The notes under the pieces were generated by a model. The model did not search any database. It was not told the origin of the DNA and saw only the letters and a program-made list of their open reading frames with translations. From NCBI GenBank assembly GCA_964016885.1, contig OZ024743.1, forward strand, positions 151,528,001-151,592,000: a DNA stretch of 64,000 bases, given 5' to 3'. Source of the DNA: Eledone cirrhosa. Taxonomy: Eukaryota. Shown here piece by piece: positions 52,877 to 64,000 of the stretch (positions are counted from its first letter, which is position 1; every line of letters begins with the position of its first letter). Made by a program: the position numbers and the translations under genes.

Positions 52877-53773
52877 TATCATCATCATTATCTTCGTTTA
52901 ACGTCCATTTTCCACGCTAGCATGGGTTAGACGGGAGTTGTCCCACTTGAGGCAAGGCTGGTCAGGTGACCATGTCTCGCTCATATAGGACTATCTGGCA
53001 GGTTTTCTACGGCTGGATGCCCTTCCGAACACCAACCACATTTACAGTGTGGAACTGGGAACTTTTTACCGTGTTACCTACACGGCCACATTACAGTGTG
53101 GACTGTGTGTGTTTTTTTGTCGTGACACCTACACGAACTCGATCTCATTTTCTTGTGCTGTTGGTGGGAGTGGGAGGATAGGGTAGGGGTAGTAGATTGG
53201 GGTGTATATTTGGTTAGGAGGTGCCTACTGACTGTTGGTTTTGCTTTGTATATAGACAAGGCGGGTCTTATGTATTACTGCATAGCACCAAAGATCTCGG
53301 TCCAGAGACATTGTCTTAGAGAGATCTAAGTGTGTGAGGTCGGAATTTATCAGATCATCCCAGGCTTTTCTGGGTCTACCTACTCCGTAACTACCATCAA
53401 TTTTGATTGCCCTGCACTTTTTTATGCAGCTGTCATCTTTCATGCGCATCACGTAACCATACCAACGTAGTCTTCTCTCAAGTAAACAGCATCTGTTCCC
53501 TCTTATTCCTAATTTCTCACTTAGTTCATTTATGCTTTGCCGTTCACGTATATTACTATTACACATCCAACAGAACATGCATGCTTCGTTCCTTTCCAGT
53601 CTACGCAGGCCCTCTGCACGTAATGCCCATGTCTCACTGCCATGTTTCATTGCTGTTCGTATACAGGCATCATACAACCTGCCTTTCATTTTTAGAGAGA
53701 AACCTTTTGAGGCCAACAGCGGTATAAGCTCTCTGAACATTTTCCATCCCGTTCTGACTACTCCACTTTCAGA
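52877..53773 (-). mobile_element. 5'-truncated RTE LINE (long-3'UTR family)
   Basis: ORF 53225-53845 contains VRTGWKMFRELIPLL..RRLRWYGYVMRM, followed by the 3'UTR and tail. Confidence 0.93.
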
Positions 53774-53829
53774 ATATATATATATACTTACAGAATATAT
53801 ATATATACTTTCAGAATATATATATATAC

Positions 53830-55088
53830 TTACCTGTGATCCCACTACATCTTTTATGCAAATGCAAAGTATGGGTGCATAAAAGATGTAGTGGGATCAC
53901 AAGTAAGCTAACTAAGAACATAGATTTTACATGTGGCCGGTGCTCTGGTGCAATAAGTAGCAGCAAGTGCCCACAAAATACTAGCTCCTTCAACTGCGCA
54001 GAGGGTTCTATAGAAATAGTGGACAGCTTCCGTTATCTGGGTGACAAAATCAGCAGTGGGGGAGGGTGCTCTGAAAGTACAGTAGCTAGAGTCAGAACTG
54101 GATAGAAAAAGTTCAGAGAGCTTATACCACTATTAGCCGCTAGAGGGTTCTCCCTAAAAATGAAAGGCAGGTTATACGATGCCTGCATGCGAACAGCAAT
54201 GCTGCATGGCAGTGAGACCTGGGCATTGTGTGCAGAGGATATACGCAGACTAGAGAGGAACGAAGCTTGCATGCTCTGCTGGATGTGCAATAGTAATATA
54301 CGTGAACAGCAAAGCATAAACGAACTAAGGAAAAAACTAGAAATAAGAGGGATCAGATGTTGTTTACTCGAGAGAAGGCTACGTTGGTACGGTCACGTGA
54401 TGCGCATGAAAGACGACAGCTGTATAACAAAGTGCAGGGCAATAAAGATAGACGGTAGCCACGGAGTAGGCAGACCCAGAAAAACATGGGACGAGCTGAT
54501 AAATTCCGACTTCACACGCTTACACCTCTCCAAGACAATGTCACTGGACCGAGACCTTTGGCGGTACTCAGTAATAGAGAAGACCCGCCTTACCTAAATA
54601 CAAAGTAAAAACCTACTACAGTCAGTAGGCATCTCTATCAAAACACACCCCCGTCCCACCACCTCCACCCCACCCACACCGCCCCTTTCAATGTAAAGTC
54701 ATGTTGGTCCCACAACATCCAGGCCGAAACAAATGAGATCGTGTAGGTGTCACGACAAAAAACACACAGTCCATGCTGTAAATGTGGCCGTGTAGGCAAC
54801 ACGGTAAAAACGTCCCAGCCCCACACTGTAAATGTGGTTGGTGTTAGGAAGGGCATCCAGCTGTAGAAAACCCGCCAGACAGTCCACGCTGTAATGTGGC
54901 CGTGTAGGCAACACGGTAAAAACCTCCCAGCCCCACACTGTAAATGTGGTTGGTTAGGAAGGGCATCCAACTGTAGAAAACCCGCCAGACAGTCCTATGC
55001 GAGCAAGACAACCACTCTTGCCTCAAGTGGGAAAACCCCCGTCCAAACCCATGCAAGCGTGGAACACGGACGCTAAACCTGATGATGA

Positions 55089-55091
<3 letters not shown>
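53830..55091 (+). mobile_element. 5'-truncated RTE LINE (long-3'UTR family) with a 5' fold-back and a duplicated 3'UTR segment
   Basis: Near-identical to 16985-18120, with an in-frame TAG at about 54103. About 115 bp of the 3'UTR is tandemly duplicated (about 54768-54995). Confidence 0.94.
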
Positions 55092-55158
<67 letters not shown>

Positions 55159-55159
<1 letters not shown>

Positions 55160-55497
55160 GAGGCACGCGGCTTAGTGGTTAGAGTATTGACCTTGCAATC
55201 GAAAGGTTGTGAGTTCAATTCTCAGACCGGGTCATGTGTTGTTTCCTTGAGCAAGACACTTTATTTCACATTGCTCCAGTTTACTCAGCTGTAAAAATGA
55301 GATGATAGGGACTGGGGTCCCTATCATCCACTGCAAAGTGGTCGTGGAGGTGCCATGGCAAAAAAGCACCCACCACTCACTGTAAATGAGGTTGGTGTTA
55401 GGAAGGGCATCCAGCTGTAGAAATCAAGCCAGAATCAGTTCCCGTCCCACCCTTGCAAGCAGGGAAAAGTGGACGTAAAATGAAATGATGATGATGA

Positions 55498-55501
<4 letters not shown>
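55159..55501 (+). mobile_element. tRNA-headed CORE-type SINE with RTE tail (family B)
   Basis: Homologous to 14025-14405 and flanked by (TA)n. Confidence 0.88.
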
Positions 55502-55534
<33 letters not shown>

Positions 55535-56584
55535 GATATATAACATGTATAATATATAATATGCAAAGAGGAGTGGTGATTACATTGAGTAAATATTTAG
55601 ATGAAGTTGGCAAGAAAATTTAAAATTTGATGTGAAAAGGTGTAAGACTAATTTAATTTATATCTTTGAAAACAATAATTGTTGGGGAGATGGAGGGACT
55701 CATTAATGATTGTTCAATGTTTAAAGAAGAAAACATTGTTGCTTAAAGGGTGAGGTGTTCATCTCAACTGATGAAGGCATATGAACAATAAAAAAGAAGA
55801 AACCAACCTACTCCATAATTGATTGGTTTCTGCTGAAAATGGCAAGCAACCATAAAACTGTTTGAACACTTACAAATCTGCTGTTTCATTTAATCCACAT
55901 TAATGTGCCAAAGGCAAAGAAGCAGAGAGTGACATGCAGTCAGTCACACATGGAAAGCAAGCATTTTCTATTTTGAGGTTCGGATAAATTATTTTAACAA
56001 CAATACTGTTATAATCTCGCCATAACTCTATGGTTTAAACTAAAGATTCCCAAAGGCTGAATTCATAGTAAAATTAATAGGATTTATAGTCTGCACCTAG
56101 TCATATATTATTTGAGCTATTGCATTCAAATCACTAAAAGTTATCTAATAAGATTTCTTCATTAGACATGAATATTTTAGTGTCTTTCCCAGAGGTACAA
56201 TGTACAGAAACCACACATGGATAAAGAAACATATGGCTTCAAGGTAAGAAGACCAGTTCTTCATCAACAAAGTATGTACATCACACAGAAATCAGTAACA
56301 ATAAGATCTATATTTGATACCTGATATTGTTTTTTCTATTTTTGGCACAAGGCCAGCAATTTAAAGGGAAAAAGAATGCTGGTTAAATCGACCACAATGC
56401 ATTACTGGTACATTATTTTATTGACTGCATAAAGATGAAAGGTAAAGCAACCTTGGCAGAATTTGAACTGAGAATGTAGAAAGTTGTAACCAAATATCGC
56501 AAAGCATCTTGTCAGAAAATAATAATACATTTTTATCAGGCCTTGTGCCTATGTTAGAAATGGACTACTATTTTCAGACTAATT

Positions 56585-56619
<35 letters not shown>

Positions 56620-56686
56620 TAGGGATAACTTGAACCGTTAAGGTATATTATCCTTGGTTATGTCAAAATTTATAAAACACATTTCA

Positions 56687-56748
56687 TATTTTATCTGAAG
56701 ATAGCGTACCAAAATGTTTGGTACCCTTGAAATATATATAATAGAATA
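56687..56748 (+). ncRNA. Minimal type I hammerhead ribozyme, apparently intact
   Basis: TATTTTAT CTGAAGA t AGcGTACCAAA-atg-TTTGGTACcCT t GAAA tatata TA ATAGAATA: 8-bp stem I, about 10-bp stem II, palindromic stem/loop III and an AUA triplet. Confidence 0.65.
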
Positions 56749-57060
56749 AATATGGTTTTATAAATATAGTTTACATTTATTTAATATCATTGTATATATA
56801 TACTAGCATTTTTTTCAACATGCTGGCAGGTATCTGCATGAGTGTGTGCATGTGTGTATGTGCATATGCATACATTTATATGTTTGAGTATATAAATATA
56901 AATGCGCAAACACCGACTCAAATACAAAACTACACACTCACAGACATACATTCACACAAACACACACACACACACACAAACAAACAGACCCGCACACATT
57001 GTATGATGGATGGATGGAGGGACAAAAGTTGCTCAAATTTATATATATATATATATATAT

Positions 57061-57505
57061 ACAATGTCACTGGACCGAGATCTTTGGCACTATACAGTTA
57101 TACAGAAGACCCGCCTTGCCTAAGTACAAAGCGAAACCTACAGTCAGTAGGCACCTCTAACAAAATACACCCCCGTCCCACTACCCCCACCCCATCCACA
57201 CCCTTAAATGTGAAGTTATGTTGGTACCACAACATCCAGTCCGAAACAAATGAGGTCGTGTAGGTGTCACGACAAAAAAAACACACAGTCCACGCTGTAA
57301 TGTGGCCGTGTAGGTAACACGGTAAAAATCCCCCAGTCCACACTGTAAACGTGGTTGGTGTTAGGAAGGGCATCCAGCCATAGAAAACCCGCCAGAGAGT
57401 CCTATACGAGCAGGACAACCAATCTTGCCTTAAGTGGGAAAACTCCCGTCCAAACCCATGCAAGCGTGGAAGATGGACGTTAAACGATGTTGATGATGAT
57501 GATGA
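57061..57505 (+). mobile_element. 5'-truncated RTE LINE (long-3'UTR family)
   Basis: TMSLDRDLW ORF end, 3'UTR and (GAT)n, with (TA)n on both sides. Confidence 0.9.
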
Positions 57506-59664
57506 TATATATATATATATATATATATATTACATAAGCTAGTATACTAGAAGAAAACAGCCTGGAGGGCGTTGTTTCTTCCTGTGGTATTAATGAGAAC
57601 TTTAGTCGGGGAATTTAGTAATATTTTTTATGCTACATAGAGCAAAGTAACATTGACAGATCAGTTTGTAAATAGTCATCCATTTCTCTAATATAGCAAC
57701 AAAAGTTTTTTGGCCTCTTGCAAGATAGGTATATTTATGACATTATGATGGATGGCTTCAAAAAGGAATTTGGCATGATTGTTAAAAAGGAAAACTGATT
57801 TTGTGGTGTTTAGTATGAGGCAGTGATTATCTACTCTTTTGTTAATACTGTTTATATGGGTGGTGGACAGTCTACATCTCTTAGAAAGAGATGTAGACTG
57901 TCTTGATGGTCATCTATATGTATAGACATGTGTATTGCAACTAAGGCTATCAAAGTGAGTTATAAGATAAAAATGCATATTTTCAATAGAACAAAATCAT
58001 GGCCAGAGCCCTAGGGTAAACCTGCTATTACAGATCAGAAGTCTGATTGTACTTGATTAATTACTACTGTTTAAGTATATCCTACAAAGAAGCAGAAAAC
58101 TACTGACACATTCCAGAGATACTGCACAAATCACCCAAAACAATCCCCTGGCCTTCTCTATAAAATACTGTAAATAGATACATCTGTTAAAAATAAGTTT
58201 CAATATTGTTGTAAGCAAAAGGATGGTGGATTGCTAGTATCGGTGGAGCATCGGACAACATGCTTTGTGGCATAGAGTTATGTCTCTTTACATTCTGAGT
58301 TCAAATCCTGCTGAGGTTAGCTTTGCCTATCATCCTTATGGGGTTAATAAAATAAAGCAGCAATGATGCACTGGGGCCGATCGATTTGGTTGACTTGCCC
58401 CTCCCCATGAAAGAAAAAAAAATTGTTGGCCTTGTGCTTAAATCAGAAACCAATATCGTTGTGAGCAAACCTGTGAGTATTTTTGCCCAGATTGGGCAGA
58501 AAAGATTTACAGTTGAATCCCAAGTAATTTTGTACCATGATTATTTTTCATACTAAGTAATCTTGTACCCTGATTACATTGAAGAATATAGGTTGTTGTA
58601 TGGAAGATGATCAAAATGACAATATATACATTTTAAATTATAAATAATAATTATAAATTATAAAAAATATGAGTTTAGATTGGTTTCTTTATGGAAAAAA
58701 CAACAACCTCTATTAAGATGTTTTTGAGAGAACATGATTCAGAGAGGATAGATTTATTTATAATTTAAGAATTAATCTTACTTCTTAATCTCTGCAGATA
58801 ATTTTAGATTAGTTGTGTAGATATATCTTTAAATTATTAAAGATTCAGTAGGTTGGTAATTGGAATAGAAATTAGAATGGATATTTTAAAAATATATTTT
58901 GTTGAAGAGGAATGACTTAAAACAACCAAAAAATATGAATATATTAATGGTGGGTAGGATATTTTATTTTATAACAGAAACTGAAATGTTTGTTGAATTT
59001 CATCAAAATACTTATTTTATAGCAAATTTGTATTCAACACAAATTTCTCTATCCATGTCATTTTTGCCCAGTCAAGTCTTTTGTATAGTTTTCCCCTCCT
59101 TTTTGTAAGCTCAACACATTTTCATCTAACCACTTTAGTCTGTTATAATGAGGATTATGTAGTCATTCAACTTGCAAGAAATAGTAATCAAATTTCAAAT
59201 TCTACTCTGCAAGCAGGGAAAAGCGGACTTATGATGATGATGATGATACTCTAGCATCTTAAAAAAAAAAAGAACACATGACATAATGTAATTTTAGATA
59301 CACATTGTCTTGAAAGACTTTAAACTCATGGCTGACTTGGGGTTAAACAATAACTGCATGAACTTTTGTTTTGTAAAACAGATGCATGCATCAATATTTA
59401 GGATTGTGACACATCAGCCGTAGACATACTTGATGCCTGAATAGAGATTTTATAAAAATCATAATTTAAAAAATCAAGTAATTCAATTTCAACATAAGAT
59501 AGAATACATATGATTGTTCTTTTAGGCTTTTACAACCTTAAACATTGATCTGCTTTGAAGAACAAAGAAGGTTTTCATTGTGGGATGTTTAAAACAATAC
59601 ATACTTTTTATCCTTGCCAGTTAGGTCATTACTGTGGTAATAGTGAATTAGTGCTATCAATAAT

Positions 59665-59855
59665 AATCGTTTCTATTTTTGGCACAAGGCCAGCAATTAC
59701 CCCAGTGCATTACTGGTGCTTTATTTTATCGACCCCATAAGGATGGAAGGCAAAGTTAATCTCAGTGACATTTGAACTCAGAATGTAAAGGACCATAACT
59801 CTATGGTGCAAAGCATGGTGTCAGATGCTCTACCGATACTGCCAATCAATTGCCC
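59665..59855 (-). mobile_element. Full-length SINE family A with 19-bp TSD
   Basis: TAGTGCTATCAATAATAAT lies on both flanks. Confidence 0.88.
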
Positions 59856-60389
59856 TAGTGCTATCAATAATAATGGCAGTAACATAGAAAGTATTTAATT
59901 TTTTGTGTCCATGTATATGACAATTACTAGATATATGAACAATCATACAAACTGAGAAATTTGAGCTTTGATAAACTAATGGTTTACATAAGAGAAACTC
60001 TATAGTTTATGTTGATTACTGACACATGGAAGTGATGAAAGATAAGAATGATATTTCAATAATTCATTTCTGGGATATAATTACAGAAATTTTCAGCATA
60101 TATATACAAATAATTCACATGATTAAATGTATGAGTAACTTTAGAAAAACAACCATTTACTGGGGCAATGTAGGGTTAAAACTGAAGACTGTGATTGAAA
60201 GGCAAACTTCTTATTGTAGCAACATGACAGAGATAGGAAATATATTGTCTGCATGTGAGAGTAAATTTTAAAGATGGAGAGAGACATAAATATACAAATA
60301 TGTGATATAATATTATGGTTGAATGTTTGATGAGATGCAAATTACCTATCAGAAGGAAATATATCAGGTTGAGACAATCATGAAATTGC

Positions 60390-60560
60390 TACATGGTTAC
60401 TCAAACTGCAAGAAATAGAAGCTGAATCTCCCTCAAGCCACATACTACCAGCTTAAAAAAAAGGACACAATGGTTACACAAATCCTGGAAAAAATGGGAT
60501 GGTCATGGCTTCAATGACCCATGGTAATAGGTTTGTTCAATCAGGGCTGACATGTGGCAA
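60390..60560 (+). mobile_element. Old dispersed SINE-like repeat (family D)
   Basis: GCAAGAAATAG..AATCTCCCTCAA..CTTAAAAAAAAGG..GGATGGTCATGGCT..TCAGGGCTGAC. Degenerate copies are at about 12715-12900 (-), 28815-28965 (-), 37400-37510 (+), 59160-59350 (+) and 61375-61545 (-). Confidence 0.5.
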
Positions 60561-62643
60561 AAGATAAATATATGATATTGTCAGCCTAGTGGTTATGTGT
60601 GTCATTCACTCGCAACATAGAGAATTGTTTCAAATTATTAAAAAGTTAGAGTTATTCTTTAGGTGAATGCTGCTGTTACTTCAGATAATGGTATTAGAGA
60701 CCAGGTTAAGACAGTTGTAGAAATTCCTCCTGGAAATTATGAAAATTCTTTATTTACAAAGTAGTGCATAGAATTTTGCACTTGAAAATTTGACATTGCG
60801 CTAACATATTCAGGAGATATGAACATTTTAGGAGTAGAAAGTTACTTCTTAGAAATTTTGCAGTATCATTCCCCTGAGCAAAGGAAATGATTGATGTGAT
60901 AAGAAAGTTACTGAGAGTTGCAGCATAAAAAAATATTTTTCTTTAAAGTCAACAAAGTTTCTAAGATAAAAGCAACATCTGCATCATTGTTTGCTAACAA
61001 TGATCCAAGGGTTGTAATTTTCTTTTGAATTGGCAGAATCAGTAGATCATCTGACAATTTGTTTTGTATTTAGTTACATTACTTTTACATTGTGTTTCAA
61101 CCTTGCTGGGTCAGCCTTGCTCTTCATCCTTCTAGAAGTTGATAAAATAATTGCCAGCTAAGTACTGGGATTGATATGATCTATTATATCCTCTGCTCCC
61201 TAACCCCTATATTTGAAGGCTTTGAAATAAATATGGTTTATGATTGATCAAGCATTACAGAATATAGTGATTATAACATCCTGTTGCAGCTTGGTTGTTC
61301 ATTTTCATACATGGCACATTCAATTAATGCTGCTCTACTATTACTATTTATTAAATATCTTTCTGTACATTTGATGTTTAGTTCCTAATCAATCAAATTT
61401 AGGATCAAAGGCATTCAAAATATGACACCCATGTCTTTTTGGGGGGGGTATCTAGAACAAATTATCTAATGTGTTTTTGCCTTTCTCAAGGTGGTTGAGT
61501 GAGGTTCAGAGATTTGACTGCTTTTTCTAATAGGTTGAGCATCCACATTCTTTTTTGTTGATTTGTGTGTCAAACCTTTTTTTTGAAGAAAATTTGGTAG
61601 CTGTTTTAAGAAATCAAAAGACCACACTATAAACTTGTGTGTACTCATATTTTGAGATGATAAGGTGTAGGAGATTTTGTTGTTACTTTTAGTAGATTGA
61701 GCAACCATGTGGATGTTTTCTCGTTGCCTTGATTCAGTGCATATTTTATACACTTGATGGTGTTACATTTAGAATATTTTGTTTTGTGCTCACTTACACA
61801 TCAAAGTAGAATGAACCGTTTTTTTAGCATTCTCCTTAGAATTATGCAACTTTTCACATTTGTTTATTGATTGTAAACACAGCAGGCATTTAAACCACTC
61901 ATTCTCTTATTTCTACTATTGATTTTATGACAGATTGAGATAAATCTGAATTCTTGTGTATTGGTTTGCTACAAGAACCTTGAAATTGTCATCATTAGTA
62001 TGAGGTTCTAGGGTCTGAGTTTGTATTGTATCTTGAGATTTTTCTTAATAACAAAGGGAAAAAAATAGAAGCAAAAAATAAAAAATAAAGAAGATAAAAT
62101 ACAAGAGGAAGAAGAAACAAGAAACAAGAAACAAAAGGAAGATTTTCTAAAATCTGTAAGATTACTGTTGATATCATGTATCGAGTTAAATTTCTCCTCC
62201 AGTTATGTCCTAAGTAGGTAATGTGTTTGTTTCTTTATATTACAGGCAGAGAAAAAGGACTTGTACATATATCACTATCACTGAAGAACAGTTTTTCAGT
62301 AAAGTAGGCATACATAAATTATCACCAAAACAGTTCATGGCAATACCAAAGAAATGCATGGCTTTAAGGGAAGTTTGTTCTGTTTTATTTTCTCTAACTA
62401 GAAGATAATAACACAAGAAAGTAATATGTGCCATAATCCCATGCGACCAGAAAAAATAAAATAGATGACAGTAGATGAGATTAGATGGCTAAAACTAGAT
62501 GCTTTGTATTTCCAATTCATGTTAATATTTACATTTTATATTTATATTTTTATTTAGATAAAAACAAATTTTGTGAAGTGAATACAGAAAAGATGTTGAA
62601 GTAAATTAAATATTTGTTGTGAAATAATAGCAATAATGATAAT

Positions 62644-62736
62644 AATTGTTTCTGCTTTTGGCACAAGGCCAGCAATTACCCAGTGTATTACTGGTACTTT
62701 ATTTTATCGACCCCATAAGGATGAAAGGCAAAGTTA
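62644..62736 (-). mobile_element. Headless SINE family A copy
   Basis: Body and tail only, ending at GGCAAAGTTAA. Confidence 0.85.
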
Positions 62737-62772
62737 AAACAATGAGATAAAGCAGAAATGTACAATAAATGA

Positions 62773-62947
62773 CAGCATTGGTAGAGGGTCGGACGTCATG
62801 CTTTCCAGCATAGTTACGTCCCTTTATGATCTGAGTTCAAATCCCGCCGAGGTTGACTTTGCCTTTCATCCTTACGGGGTCGATAAAATAAAGTACCAGT
62901 AATGCACTGGGTAATTGCTGGCCTTGTGCCTAAAGTAGAAACAATTA
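62773..62947 (+). mobile_element. SINE family A, near full length
   Basis: Nearly identical to 6648-6822. Confidence 0.9.
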
Positions 62948-63049
62948 TGACTTGACTTCACTAATGAAGATTTATAAAGGAGCCTGCCCACATCTATCAC
63001 AGGCAGACTTGGCCACAGTGGCTGCAATAAAAAATCTGATCTGGGTTTG

Positions 63050-63365
63050 GTGTTGTTGAGCTATATTTCTTCCACCTTCTCAATGTTGGCATTTGATGAG
63101 ATAATGCACACTAGGTAAATGAACTGTTGGACAGTTTTTAGCTTCGTTTCACTGATGGTGATGTAATGAGAGTAATAATTGCTCTAATGTGTGGGCTGGT
63201 AGAAAACCACCATCTTCTTCAAGCTGACCTGAATTCCGAAGAGCTCAGTAGCTTTGGCAAAGCAAAATGTTAATTGCTGTAGGGCTGATTGTGTGTGGGC
63301 AACAAGAGCAGCATCATTGGCAAAGGGTAATTCCAAGATGAGCTGCTTCAAAGTCTTGGAGGAAA
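63050..63365 (-). mobile_element. Decayed BovB-like RTE reverse transcriptase fragment
   Basis: Translates to ELPFANDAALVAHTQSALQQLTFCFAKATELFGIQVSLKKMVVFYQP..TVQQFIYL. Confidence 0.8.
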
Positions 63366-64000
63366 TGGAAATGAACTTTGGTTAGGCAATCTTTTCTAAG
63401 GCAATCTGTGCAAAGCAAACAATATTATCCCCAAAGAAGGCTGCTTGGTCATCCAGAGTGCTGGCAAATGTGGTCATCACCTCCAGTCCACTTCAGGCGA
63501 CCCATACATCTGAAACATCTGCATGCAGAATTGTGGATTCCAGTGCCATCTTTCACCTGCCATTTTTGCTCTCTTCTCTATGCTGCAGGGATTGGTGAAT
63601 TGTTAGAAAATGGTTGGAGACATGAACATATGCTTTGACCTGCACAATGAATTTTGTTCAGGTGGAGTGTAGTGTGCACAATACTACCCGTCACACTGGG
63701 GGTACTTCTGCCACCATCCAGCAAACTGAGACAGTGAGATCCTCAAGTCAGGGTTATAACGTAAGTGTGTCTGTCTCTTAGATGGGTGACCTAACAAGTT
63801 TATCTGGCCAGATTTAGAGTTGTCCTACTTATAGGTTGGATGTCAACCAACGCTGATTGTCCCAGCATATACATTATCTATATACTTATAAAAAGGAAGT
63901 TTGTTTCTACATTGACTTTTAATAATACTAAATAAAATTGGTAATAATTAAGGTTTTTCATGTTTTAAGAATGTCTTCCCACCATTATTCAAGACCTGAG

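Overview
This is AT-rich eukaryotic (animal) DNA made mostly of transposable elements and microsatellites. The repeat types (RTE LINEs with (GAT)n tails, tRNA-headed SINEs, long (TA)n arrays) suggest an octopod cephalopod; this is an inference from repeat content. No intact protein-coding gene is visible. The window holds one near-full-length but disrupted RTE LINE (41.2-44.5 kb, minus), many 5'-truncated copies of at least four RTE-type families, more than 20 SINE copies, Penelope-like remnants with minimal hammerhead ribozyme cores, a piggyBac-type MITE and Helitron-like termini. A dense TE nest built on TA-rich arrays spans about 37.9-57.5 kb. The TE-poorer 20-37.8 kb region looks like intron of a large minus-strand gene, with three phase-compatible candidate exons and a candidate recursive splice site. 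The most notable observations are: a C4HC3 PHD finger inserted inside the RT domain of three RTE families; a covarying pseudoknot-plus-hairpin RNA module shared by an RTE 5'UTR, RTE 3'UTRs and SINE bodies; an apparently intact hammerhead at 56687-56748; and several long inverted repeats. All structure and family calls were made by eye.
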